The notes below the pieces were generated by a model, which worked only from the letters and a program-made list of their open reading frames with translations, was not told the origin of the DNA and did not search any database. This document shows positions 53,160 through 64,000 of a stretch of DNA of 64,000 bases, in pieces. This DNA comes from Amphiscolops sp. MND2022 (Eukaryota). Position numbers and translations under genes: made by a program. Numbering within the stretch: position 1 is the stretch's first letter; each line of letters begins with the position of its first letter. The stretch is from the NCBI GenBank assembly GCA_964187785.1, contig OZ076409.1:29390001-29454000 (forward strand), read 5' to 3'.

Positions 53160-53789
53160 TTAAAAAGTTAAAGAAAGTCAGCAATGAAAGAGCACTTGGC
53201 TTCTTCGAAAAGATAAAGGAAATTGGTTTTGAGAAACGTTGTCGATTTAGCAGTTCATCACTATCGAGTTCTGTCATTTGCTCTCTAGTAAGGAGGTCAG
53301 GGAAGCTGGTTTCATTATCTTTGTCACTCATTATTTTTTGTTCTGCTGAATTAATCCTGTTAGTTTAGGATCTGGTAACTACCATAAGAATTCAAATGAC
53401 TGGGAATTTAAGGTTTTATTATTACTGAATACTTGAAATTAAATGAAGTTTTAGATTGAAAAGTTTTGCGATTTTCTAAGTCTGATTGCAACTGTTCGTC
53501 TTACTAGCAAAATTGTAATGGCTGCTTTTAGATTAGACGTTTTCCTCTTTCCAGCGTCTTAGCACCTTCAGTAGTTGCCAATTTTAGTACTACCATCAGC
53601 AGGTGTTAATTTAGCACCAGTTATAATCTTTTGTGAAGAGAACGACCGCGTGTATCGGTCGTCGTAGCAACCAATTATCTCACTGGTAATCACACTACTA
53701 CTGTACGCTTTAATGGCCTTAGCACCTACTTTTACATAACTAATTCGGGTTCAAAGTAACGACTGTGTGATTCCGTAGTCATGTTAACT
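53160..53789 (-). mobile_element. Truncated LTR element: short AGT..ACT-type LTR (53619-53789), TGG-initiated PBS-like site and gag start
   Basis: Minus strand AGTTAACAT...ATTATAACT overlapping TGGTGC; ORF MSDKDNETSFPDLLTREQ from 53331. Confidence 0.55.
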
Positions 53790-53826
53790 TTACATTAACA
53801 TTGCATTCAATAACATGATGATATTT

Positions 53827-54410
53827 TGAAAAGGGGGAAATGTGATGATTGTGTGTTTCAGTCGTACATGCACTGATATTTGATTAAATATGAATTGGAA
53901 ATATCATGGCAACAAATCTAATCAGAACTACGTTGGTTAGTAATAGTACAACAAGGATTGAGTGTACTACACGATACTACAATTGTATGAATATGAAAAG
54001 TTATGAACACAAAAGACTGGCTATTCCAGTAAAATCCGCATGTTGTTTTAGAATAATGTAGAATGATGAGTACTGAAACTAATACATATATTCATTGACG
54101 ACTGATGACTTCGGTCGTGATCATATAAATATTCACATGTAGCTAAATTGGAAGCATCATAAATAGTGGTAAAAGTGTTTAACGACTGATCGTTTCAGTC
54201 GTCTCTACATGCGATGCGTTAACTAGGCGGATATTGCACTGGTAAATATGTGTTTGACGACTGGTTAGGCCTGTCGTTATTTGTTTGAATGCACTGTTAA
54301 AGTTCAAAACGTAATATCATTGGTATATGACGACTTGTAGTTAAATGCGTTCGATAAACGAAATGGTATCTGTTTGTTATTTCCTTCATGCTATTCGGAA
54401 ACGACGCCGA
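53827..54410 (+). mobile_element. PPT plus 3' LTR fragment of another element
   Basis: GAAAAGGGGGAAA immediately followed by TGTGATG (53841); right end uncertain. Confidence 0.45.
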
Positions 54411-56758
54411 GAGCTTTTTGTTGTTTAGAAATAAACACAGTTTTCCAATGGAAAAAGCTCAAATTCTACCAGTATGACAAACTCCAATATGTAACAATTT
54501 TCCACTGTTTTTTGCAACTTCTGTAAATTTTTCAAGAGATTGCATGGATCAGAAAGTTGAAAACGTTCAACTAACAACAATGAGTTCGTTGTCCAATGGG
54601 GTTGTTTCAGGAGATATATGCAGTTTTGAAAGAAAAAATTGCCACAGGGGCCCCAAAATAGTAAAAAAATCTTATTTTTTTAATTTTTAATTTTTGATTT
54701 TCCAACGCAAATTCAGTAAAATTCTCATCGTTTCTATGGAGTCGAACTCTAAAACTGTGCAACAACAACTGAATGGGTTTTCCGGTAGGCGTTTTGAATT
54801 GATAGACGCCGGTTTCTTATAAAATTGTGCTTTACTTTGACACGAAAATTGTCGAGATATTCAAACTTTTTTAGGTTATCTAGCTTCATTCCATTTGAGT
54901 AAAATTTCTGATTCTTTTCTGACCTAGAAGGATAAAAACAATCAAAGGCGATATAATCAGGTACGTAGTGTCCTTCTCTGATGAAAAAATACATTGTTTC
55001 GCATCTGAAAAACTTCAAAACGACAGATTTGAATCGATAAAGTAGAAAAATTGAATTTTAAAAAGTTTTGTGCAAAGTCTGTGAATTTTTCGAAACTTTT
55101 TGATGTTAGAATAATAGACTGGTTCAACAACAAATGCAGTTGATATCCAGTTAACTCTTGTGGTAGGTATTTGCTGATTTTTGCACCGAGAAATTCTCAA
55201 AATGAACCAAAAAAGTAAAAATTATTAAAAGTTTCCTTGTTTTGACAATTTTAGTAATTGTTTGGGAAATTGGTCGTGTTTTAGATGGTCCTAAAGCCCC
55301 AGATTATTTATCAAGCTATGCAGTACGCTTTTTGAAAGAACACGTGATAGTTTTCTAGGTAGAATATTATCTCACGATGACCCAATTGAGTCGAAAGTCT
55401 AAAACTTTCCGGAAAATCGAATTTTGTTAAAAGTTTCGTAAATTTTGTATTTTACAAGAATCAATACACTCAACAGCAAACAAGCGATAAATCTAGTAAA
55501 TTCTTTCAAAATCAACTGCAGATTCAAGTTCGAACAGATCGTTAAAATGACCCCAGAGTAACCAAAAAGTCCGAAGGTCTCAAAAGTTTCGACATTATTA
55601 ACTCATTTTTTTCCGAAATTTTGAAAGACTTCGTAATTTAGAGAAATGAAAACCGTTAACAGCCAACAAACCCTAAAATAGTAGATTTTTTGAAAATCAA
55701 ATGCTGTTTCATGTTCGAAAAGAGCCTCAAAATGACCCCAAAATAGTCGAAAAAAAAAACAAATTTTGGCAGTTTGACCAATTAAGGAATTCTTTTTTAG
55801 AAAATACCATTATTTAGAGTGTTCGAACGCTCTTTTTTTAATTAAGGCATGCAGAATGTTAAGGAAAAGGAATTTACCAATTTTGTATGGATAAAGCTCG
55901 TCAGAACGACGTAAAATAAATCAAAAATCTTATTTTTTGAAGTGTTCTTTTAATTTTTTCTAACCTTCTGACCAAATTTGTAATTCAAGATCGACTGGAT
56001 CCGGTATCCAATGGGTTTTTTTAAAAAAAAGCATATGCAGTTCCTTAGAAAAGATCCTCAAATGACTGCAAAGTTGTCAACAAAGCAAAATTTTCCAAAT
56101 TTTGACGTTTTTGGCGACTTCGCGCAAAATTATGAATGAAAAAGATTGGTTAGGTTTTGGTATCCGCACAAGCCGACAAAAAAACAAATAGGTGGTTAGT
56201 GTCTTCTTGAACTGTTTTTTTTTTCTGAAAAAGGATGACATTTTTCAAAAGGTGTCAGAACTTCTTTCATAAAATTCTATGCCTTTTATATAATAGCCCA
56301 ATGGCTACTCTTGAGCCTCAAAAAGTTGTCATTGCTATAACAGTTTGGACGGAAAGTACCCTGCTGGTCAGCTGGCGTCTTGTTCAAACAGCTGCTCTAC
56401 TTTGATAACGCTTTTCGGCACTCTAAAAGCAACCCCACAGACAATCTCAGAACATGAAATTTTGATGAAAGATAACATGATATAAAATATGAATGGAAGT
56501 AGAAAAACATATCTCCGCTTCTGCTGACCAAAGTGTGTAAGTTGAAGTGGACAGAAAGTCTCAGTTCGTTTAAATTATAACGAATCTTCTGACAGAATGA
56601 AACTTTCAAAGAACACCTTCGTCAAACATCTGCAAGGAGAAAAGGAAAACGCATGGCAAGCTCAGAGGATGATGTTCAAGAAAAGATCGTACGAAAAGGA
56701 ATTTTCAGTCATGGTTGAATTTTGAATTATTTTTGTGACTTTACTCAAGCCTACCAAC

Positions 56759-56891
56759 CAGGTAATTAATGTATTGTATTCTTTGGTTTTGTTAGACCGA
56801 GACAACGTAGGACAGACAAACAGGAAAACTGCCACGCCCATTGCAATTGTGCCATCGGTCACACACTTCATACCCAGAGCATCCGCCCAGC
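56759..56891 (-). CDS. SLC13-like gene B exon (paralog of gene A exon 6, 133 nt); upstream exons lie beyond the window
   Basis: GWADALGMKCVTDGTIAMGVAVFLFVCP..LITW; same length and phases as 30741-30873. Confidence 0.92.
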
Positions 56892-57411
56892 CTGAAGCGA
56901 TTAAACAAAATCTATTTCCAACATCAAAACGGGTCCAAGATTATAAAACCGCTTCTAAGAAACCTAATTGAAAGAAGCTAACCTGTTTGGACAATCTGTG
57001 TTTAAATATTGCCAATTAATTTGAGGTAGAGTGTTAGAAATTTAACTCTTTACAATACATGTGATACTTTTCTTAGAGATACCCTGAAACCTCTTTTGCG
57101 AGGGTCTCTGGAAAATTCTTCCTAGGAACTTGTTTTTCCTTGGCAACAGCTGCTAAGTGACAGTTTTCTTCTTAGAACCATAAAGATGACTTTTATTCCT
57201 CAGTAAAAATTTTCCGACTACTATTTTATGTACCAAACATAAAAAAATAAACAAAGCTTTCAAGATCAATTTTGTGACAAGTTTGTGGATTGGGCATTAG
57301 GGAAAATATGTAAAATATCCATGAAAACAGCAGGGGGCGCCAAAAGCTATTCATTTCATTTTCTCGCCTGAACAATCGAAAATCTGCAACAATTGAAATC
57401 GCTCGCAAGCT

Positions 57412-57522
57412 TTTGAAACTTTGACGAGCTTCCTTAGAATATGTATCTAGAATTAATCTTCTATGATGTCTCCTCCAATAATTCTAGATCCACATTCTAA
57501 GGAAGCTCGTCAAAGTTTCAAA
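57412..57522. repeat. Inverted repeat, 44-bp arms (42/44 match) with 23-nt loop
   Basis: 57412-57455 vs the reverse complement of 57479-57522. Confidence 0.9.
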
Positions 57523-58022
57523 CACTAAGTTTCAAATTACTTACTCAATGCAAATGTATGACAAACCTTCTCTCTGTGCAAAAAGAGAGAACTTTGCTAA
57601 AGTATTTTCCAAACTAGACGATCGCACACCAGCGGATTTCCGTGAGAACTAGATTAGGTACGGCTCGAGCGTGAAGATGACTACCCCTTTCAATTCATTT
57701 CACGCATTGCTTTGGAAGACATTGAAAAAATTATTCTTCATAAACGAAGTTTTGATGGCCATGTTTTCTGTCCATGGTTATTCGCCTTTTAAAAAAACAA
57801 TCGAAGATTATATTAAAAGGCATTAAACGTTCGAAAATGGACTTTTTCGGGTATTGATTAGCCGCTAGTAGATCATACATAGTACGCAGATCTTTCTCTT
57901 TCTTCTAACCATTTCAAACATTCAAACACTTCAAGAAAAATGAAAAAATCTTTTTTGGTGTCGTTGTCACGCTTTTCTTCCGTAAACCCCAAATCGGCCG
58001 TCGCAAAAGCATGCGAGATGAC

Positions 58023-58537
58023 CTAGGGTCGGAAACGTACGGTCTTTATTCAAAATCTACGGTCTACGAGTTTCTTCTTGCGGTCTACGGTTCTAGGCTA
58101 CGGTCCTGAGTAAACAAAACATTTGGAGAAAGAAATTTCAAATTACTGAATTCCTCTGGATGGGTGGTCGCATAGTGTTCCTTGATTGTAGTATAACCAG
58201 TCTTTTGGGGATGAAATTTGAAAATTTTAGGGCAATTCTTACAATGGACAACACCTTGTGCAGGATAGTAATCATATAAAGTTGCATAATCACTGCTAAT
58301 GCCAGACATTATAAATCTGTAATAGATAAAAAACGGATGTTAGGAAATACGGAATCAAAAATATCAAAATTAACGTTAAACTTGAATTAGAACTGAAATT
58401 ACATGTAAAGTGGCCGTTTCTGAGAAATGTGGGCTTGCCTTTTCTCAGAAATGCGTTCTACGGTCTCAACGTAATGTCTACGGTCACGGTCCCAAGGCAC
58501 GGTCTACGGTCCTGCGGTCCCTTATTGCCGGCCCTAG
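58023..58537 (-). mobile_element. Non-autonomous hAT DNA transposon (515 bp) retaining the transposase BED zinc finger
   Basis: 8-bp TSD GAGATGAC (58015-58022 / 58538-58545); TIRs CTAGGGTCGGAAA and TTGCCGGCCCTAG; about a dozen subterminal YRCGGTC repeats; ORF CKNC...HYATTH. Confidence 0.88.
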
Positions 58538-59365
58538 GAGATGACTGTTTGTTTTATCGTTAAGACCTGTGAATGAATTTTCCACAATTTTTGGAGGCAT
58601 AGTTGTGGAGGCATATTTGTTTTGGTCAAAAAAACTCGTTTTTAAAAATTGATTGAAAAACTTCAAACTTTGGAAACTATTGGCACCTCTGTTCAAAGTG
58701 TTGTTTTGATAGGTGGTTGTTTCAAAGTTGCAAAAATTTGAAAACTACAAAACTTGCAAAGGGGTACAATTGGGAAAATTGGAAATCGTTTTGGCAATTT
58801 TGGGGTCATTCTGTTGCCAGTTTTTTGGTCATAACCATGAAACTCCAATCTCTACAAAGATCAATCTCCACGAAGACCCCAATCTCCGCAAAGACATATC
58901 CTACGAAACAAAGTTTCTATCAGTTGAATTCCATGTGGGAGAACTCCCTAAATTTCAGTAGCACCTTGGAACATAGCAATGTTTGGAAAAAGGCTCGTCT
59001 TGTAACAGTTTTTCTGTTAACGGTAAAATTGTGCAGCGATGAAACCATTGGTTTGATCACCCCAGCCTATGAAGATCATTAAGACGCAGCACGTTTGCAC
59101 GCAGCCCGCTTGCATGCGAGGTATTATTTTGTGAAATCCTGAAATATTTGAAAATTCAGAAAGCTTCTCGTGTAAAATTTATAGGGTTACACTGTTGTTT
59201 CGGCTATTGAATCAAATAAGAGTTTTCTCTCGTTTCGTTATTTCCCGCTTCTCCCCGCAACTACTCAATTGGTGTACTCACCGCGTGTCAAATGAATAGC
59301 ACACTGAACATGACGGTAGTTTGCAGTTTATGAAGTGAACTGAATTAAAGTTTCAATTTAATTTA

Positions 59366-60000
59366 AACGAGCCGGAACGGCCCAAGTCGGAGCCCCGTTC
59401 AAGGCTCAAAACAGTAAAGTTCCTTAAATATGCAAGGGACACTTTTGTCAACGGTTTATCAATTTTACAGTGCCAAAAATACCAGAAGAGATACGCATAA
59501 TGCTCGAAAACCGCTTTTTCTTAACTTGAAACATCAAAAAACTGACAAAACAAAATTGAAAAAAAATTTAAAACTATTTTCTTTGGGCAAAAAAAACTCA
59601 TAGTGCCAAAAAAAGCTTTACACTCGCCAAGCGTTTTTTAGGTTGGAAACATTTATCAAAGTGAAGAGGGGTACCCTTTGACGGAGTGAAAACTGTAATG
59701 AAAAAAGTTGCACAGTGTCAAAAAAATCGTAGATCTTTTCCGCAATTATTGAGGAAACTCATCACTTCCGAAGGATCACGAAAAAACTGAGAAAAAATCC
59801 CACTGTGCCGCAAAACGCAAAAGAGGGGACCCTTTGAGCTTTTTTTATCCAGTTGGGTGCAAAAAGATCAAATACCCAAAGAGAGGACGTTTGACGACAT
59901 GAAAAAATTTCGGGAAAAGTCTCCCAAAAACCAACACTTCTGAGTTGTTCAGTAACTAAGCTTCAAAAACGATGGTACCCGAAGGTGGCAACCTTTGGAA
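59366..60000 (-). repeat. Second repeat family ending CCGACTTGGG..CGTTCCGG.CTYGTT
   Basis: End shared with the plus-strand copy at 62740-63144; left boundary approximate. Confidence 0.5.
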
Positions 60001-60098
60001 ACACCTGATTAGGCTTTCTAAAAAAAATAGGAATGCCTATAGAAATTCTGTAGAAAGTGGACCTCTCCGTGTGAGGTCTGTGGTCCGGTGAAAAACAG

Positions 60099-63000
60099 AA
60101 GCAAGACTCCCGCTGACCAGCGAGATATTTTCCGCCCCAAGCTGTTCTGCAAAGACATGAATTTGAGGCTCAAGAGTAGCCAATGCACTAAGAAAACGCA
60201 AAAGTTCGAAGGAAAGAAAAGTTTAATTCAACTTTTGAAGGAAGCACCTAAACCCATTTTAAAAGAAACACCTAATTTATAAAGACGCTGAGTATCTAAT
60301 GGATTTGTTGTTGAAATATGTTGATACCAATACCTAACACCAACTTTTTAGTTGAAAGAAAGAGCGACTTCTTTAGAAAAGAGCGACTATAGGCATGGCT
60401 TTTTGTCAGTTTTCTTTCGAAACACCTGATCTGTCCAAAATAGTTCTACCAAAAATTCATCCATTCAGATTTCTTGGTTACTGCGATGTCTGGTATTTGG
60501 AGGATTTCCGTCAAGGGAAAATTTGCCGATATTTGAAATTGAACTCTTTGTTACTTTTTATCATGTGGAACTGATGAGTTTTCTTACTGATTGTTGTGGT
60601 GGAAATAACTTTGTTTTAGTTTTTTTGGCCCTGTGCATCTTTTCGAAACATTCAATTGATACCCCCACATTTTTCGAATCCAAAAAAAGAAGCTATGCAA
60701 ACTGAAACCTTTTTCGGCTTCATAGGATTTTTTTCGAAACAAACACATTTTTAAAATATGGCATTTCGTGTTCCCAGTTGTGGAAAATTGGTTTCCAGGT
60801 CTCAGGCGTAATTCTTGAGATACGTTTGGCACTGACAAATTGATAAATCTCTTCTAAGAAGCCCAATGGATATAGAGTTCAGTCTCAGTTGAATGTTTAC
60901 ACCAATCTAACCAAGGAAAGAGCTCGAAAACTTAACAAAAAATTGCCCAAAAATTTTAAGTTTTTGGGTCCTTCTGTAGTTATCTTCCTGTGGAAAACTG
61001 CAAAAACATTTTTTTGGAAGACATACTGCAACGGTAGTGTTTTTTTTGGAGCTCATTGAATATTGAATATCTGACTAGTAGTGTCAAAAAATTTTATTGT
61101 TTTCGACTTCAGTTTTTTTTGGAAATCTTGAAAGTAGTTTGTCCCATATCTTTGAAACAACGCCGGTAGCTTTGCGTTTCAATTCTGAACTTTAGGACTT
61201 TCTCAATAACGGAAACATTCGGAAAGTGTCCAAAATTAGAACGATTTTGTCGAAAATTGGGAATGTTTGGAATTTTTGACACCTTTGTTGTCAACTTTAA
61301 GGAACTTTATCCACTTTCTTTCCCAAATTGAAACTCGAATACCCTATTGTTTCAATGTTCAGGTTCATCGTAGTTCTGTTCTTCAAAAAACTTTTGTCTT
61401 TTGAACAAAAGTTGGGATTACTTTATCTGAGAATATGCTTTCGGATTTTGGGGTGATTTGAGGCATACTCCAACAAAACGTTGCTGTTATGTCTTCAAAA
61501 ACTCTTACTTGACACCGATCTTAGTAGTTGCTGGGTTTTGAAAAGCACTGATTGCCATGAAATTGCTCCGAAATTAAACAAAAACTGAATAAAAAATGTC
61601 AAAATTTGAGAATTCACAGTTTTTGCATACGTTCCATCATAAAAAGTACCAAGTTTTCTTTGGAAGCCAGCTTCAGCTCTAGTTATAGTTATCTAATTTC
61701 ATTTCGCTAAAAGTGTCTAATCGCTATTAACAATTTACAGGAATTGTCAAAAATGGTCAAAAATATACTACACTTTCGAAGTTTGTTGTCAATTTTCAAG
61801 CATTTTCCAACAGACACAGGCAAATATGTCTTCATAAAAAGCCTGTTGGATAACGCATTCGAACGTGGTTGAACTTTTTTAATAGTCTGACACTAAAAAA
61901 TTTCCAAAAGTACACATACGTTGCATATAAGACGATGTTGTATTCCAATTCATCTGGAGTCATTCTGAAGTTTCAAAGCAAAATGCTGCATGGTTTTGTT
62001 CAAACAGGCGTGCTGCACCGTTCGTTCTTTGATTTTCGAAAGTTTGGGATTCTCTAATTTATAAAAATTTTCGACGTTTAGTAGTTTTTGACATTTTTTG
62101 TGTCAAATTGAAAAATTTTTTGTCAAGAACTTAAGTTGTCTCCTGCCAAAACCATACTGGACGACGAAATATCCCCTTCTTGGACAGTTTCAACATTCCG
62201 GTCCATGAAGTCAAAAGATAATTTGACAAAAATTGAACAAAAAGGATTGAATAAAAAAGGAATAAAAATTGTGATTAATTGGAATTTTTTTTCGGTGTCA
62301 ATTCGAGAGATTTTTAATTGAAAAACTGCATTTTCTCTCCACGAGGCCTACTGGACAAACAATTCTTTCCTTGTTGACCTGTTTAACATTTTAAACTTCA
62401 AAGTCTGCCAAAAACGTGACAAAACTGCATGAAAACTATGAGAACTAGAAAAATTTAGAGTTTTTTTCTGTTTCGATGCAATTTGATATATTTTTCACCA
62501 AGAAAACTGCAATTATTTCAACCTAAAGGTCTACTGAAAAACGAGTTCTTGCCTTGTTGAACGTTTCCATTGTTCTAATTCATGAAGTCTTTCAAAAATT
62601 TGACAAAAGTTGCATAAAAGTTTAAAAAATCAGAGTTTTTTGATGTTTTCAGTCGGCGCCTTTTCCATCAAGGAAAAAAGCCCGACTATTACAGAGAGTA
62701 GTTTTTTTCAGTTGACAATCTCACTCTGAGTGGTCCACTTTTCTTACATTTTGTTCATTTGTTCAACTTCGACAAATTTTCTTCCACCAAGCCGGAGAGT
62801 GTGGGTTCGATTCTCGCACTAAACCATAATTTTTTTATGCTTCCAAAAGTACAGCTGAGACCAAAGGGTGCCCCGTTTGGGTTTTTTTCGACACTATGCG
62901 ACTTTTTTTGAAAATTTTCGAATTTTATCAAAGGGTACCCTCTTGCATTTTTTGAAGTTTTCAGTTTGTAAAAAACGTTTAATGGTTCTAAATGACCTCT

Positions 63001-63545
63001 TTTTGGGTTTTTCGGCATTGTGCGACATTTTTTACCATATACTTTTTTTGAAGAAAAAAATTTCTCCAAATGGTTCCAATAGTTGTTCCTTGAATATTTT
63101 TGAGCCCTAGATATGGTACCGACTTGGGACGTTCCGGTCTTGTTGATTTCGGTCGCAATGTGAGGCATTTTCCGAATGAAAATTTTTATTTTTTTACTCC
63201 AAAGAAGCCTCCTGAACAACACTTTTTTTCCAGTCTGGACGTTTCAAACTTTCTAACCTACGAAGATTTTCGAAAATATAACAAAAACGGCATGAAAACA
63301 TTAAAAATTGGGAAATTTTGGAATTTTGTCGTTTTTGGGGTTCTTTTGGTCTCAAGAAAAAAGTCCAAAAATCCCTCTAAATACATATCGCACGAAGCGA
63401 AGCTAAATTTATGTGAGTTGAACTCTGTCGGTGACACCCTTGAATTTGATTATAACTTGGGAATATGGCCAATTTTGTGAAATGGACGCTAATGAGTTAA
63501 ATATTTTCCTTTCCCACATGGAATATGGACGGAAAATAAAAAAAC
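60099..63545 (-). repeat. AT-rich interspersed repeat, copy 4 (inverted), with a nested copy of the second family at ~62740-63144
   Basis: Reverse-complement matches to both ends and to the internal units of copies 1-3. Confidence 0.7.
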
Positions 63546-64000
63546 GAGTCACTGTAAGAGTCGAAAGTTTTTTGTTTCACAGAAAGCACCGGCACAAAAA
63601 GAACTAACCATAATTACAACCAGCGAAACTTCCTAGTTTTTAATTTCCGCAAAATTTTCGTGGAACTTTGAGAGCAGGTTGAAAGAGCCAAATAGATTGT
63701 GAAAATTCAAGCCATTTTCACGAGGGTTTTGAGAGTTTCAAGAACATTTGGGTTTTTCAACGAGGGTTTGAAGATGAAACTAAGGCTCTGAAGGAAATTA
63801 GATGGTCAGGAAAAAGTTTTCAGGTACCTCGGAAGGTCTTTTAAACAATGGGACATTTGTTAAAGGTCTAGTAAAAACATCTTTTGAAACTGTCCTTTAC
63901 ATGTAAATTTATGGTCAATTCAGTTTCAAAAGCATGAACGTTTTTTTTCAAAGTAAAAAACATAATTTATAAAGAAACCTTTATATCAAAAGTTCCCCTC

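Larger units (their letters stand above)
52645..56384 (+). repeat. AT-rich interspersed repeat, copy 3 (interrupted by LTR fragments at 53160-54410)
   Basis: Same termini and internal units as copies 1 and 2. Confidence 0.65.

Noticed and set aside
30741..56891. One rearranged or mis-assembled SLC13 gene
   Set aside because: The shared exon is present twice with many amino-acid differences, indicating paralogs.
60000..63500. K/F/N-rich ORFs of 60-155 aa
   Set aside because: They fall inside AT-rich non-coding repeats and are not conserved between copies.

Overview
AT-rich eukaryotic (most likely invertebrate animal) genomic DNA, mostly transposon-derived, with one 200-N assembly gap (29536-29735). 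Host genes: two tandem, minus-strand, spliced SLC13/Indy-type Na+-dicarboxylate/citrate transporter paralogs. Gene A shows exons 1-6 (38880-30741) and gene B its last four exons (56891-50961). The most notable object is a complete but decayed 18-kb retrovirus-like Ty3/Gypsy provirus (8392-26433; GTATT TSD, tRNA-Asn-like PBS, PPT). It carries (i) a TARG1/OARD1-like macrodomain inside pol between RNase H and integrase, (ii) an env-like class-I fusion glycoprotein ORF, and (iii) 3-3.5 kb LTRs that each hold a decayed ~320-codon antisense ORF. It sits inside an older Gypsy element, and its 3' LTR is interrupted by a LINE (triple nesting). Also present: other Gypsy relics, solo LTRs whose 3' part encodes the N-terminus of a gag-like ORF, a 515-bp hAT derivative with a BED finger, a tRNA-derived SINE-like head, and four copies of a 2-4 kb AT-rich repeat ending in a hairpin plus CTTGT. 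All family assignments are from motif recognition by eye; no searches were run.
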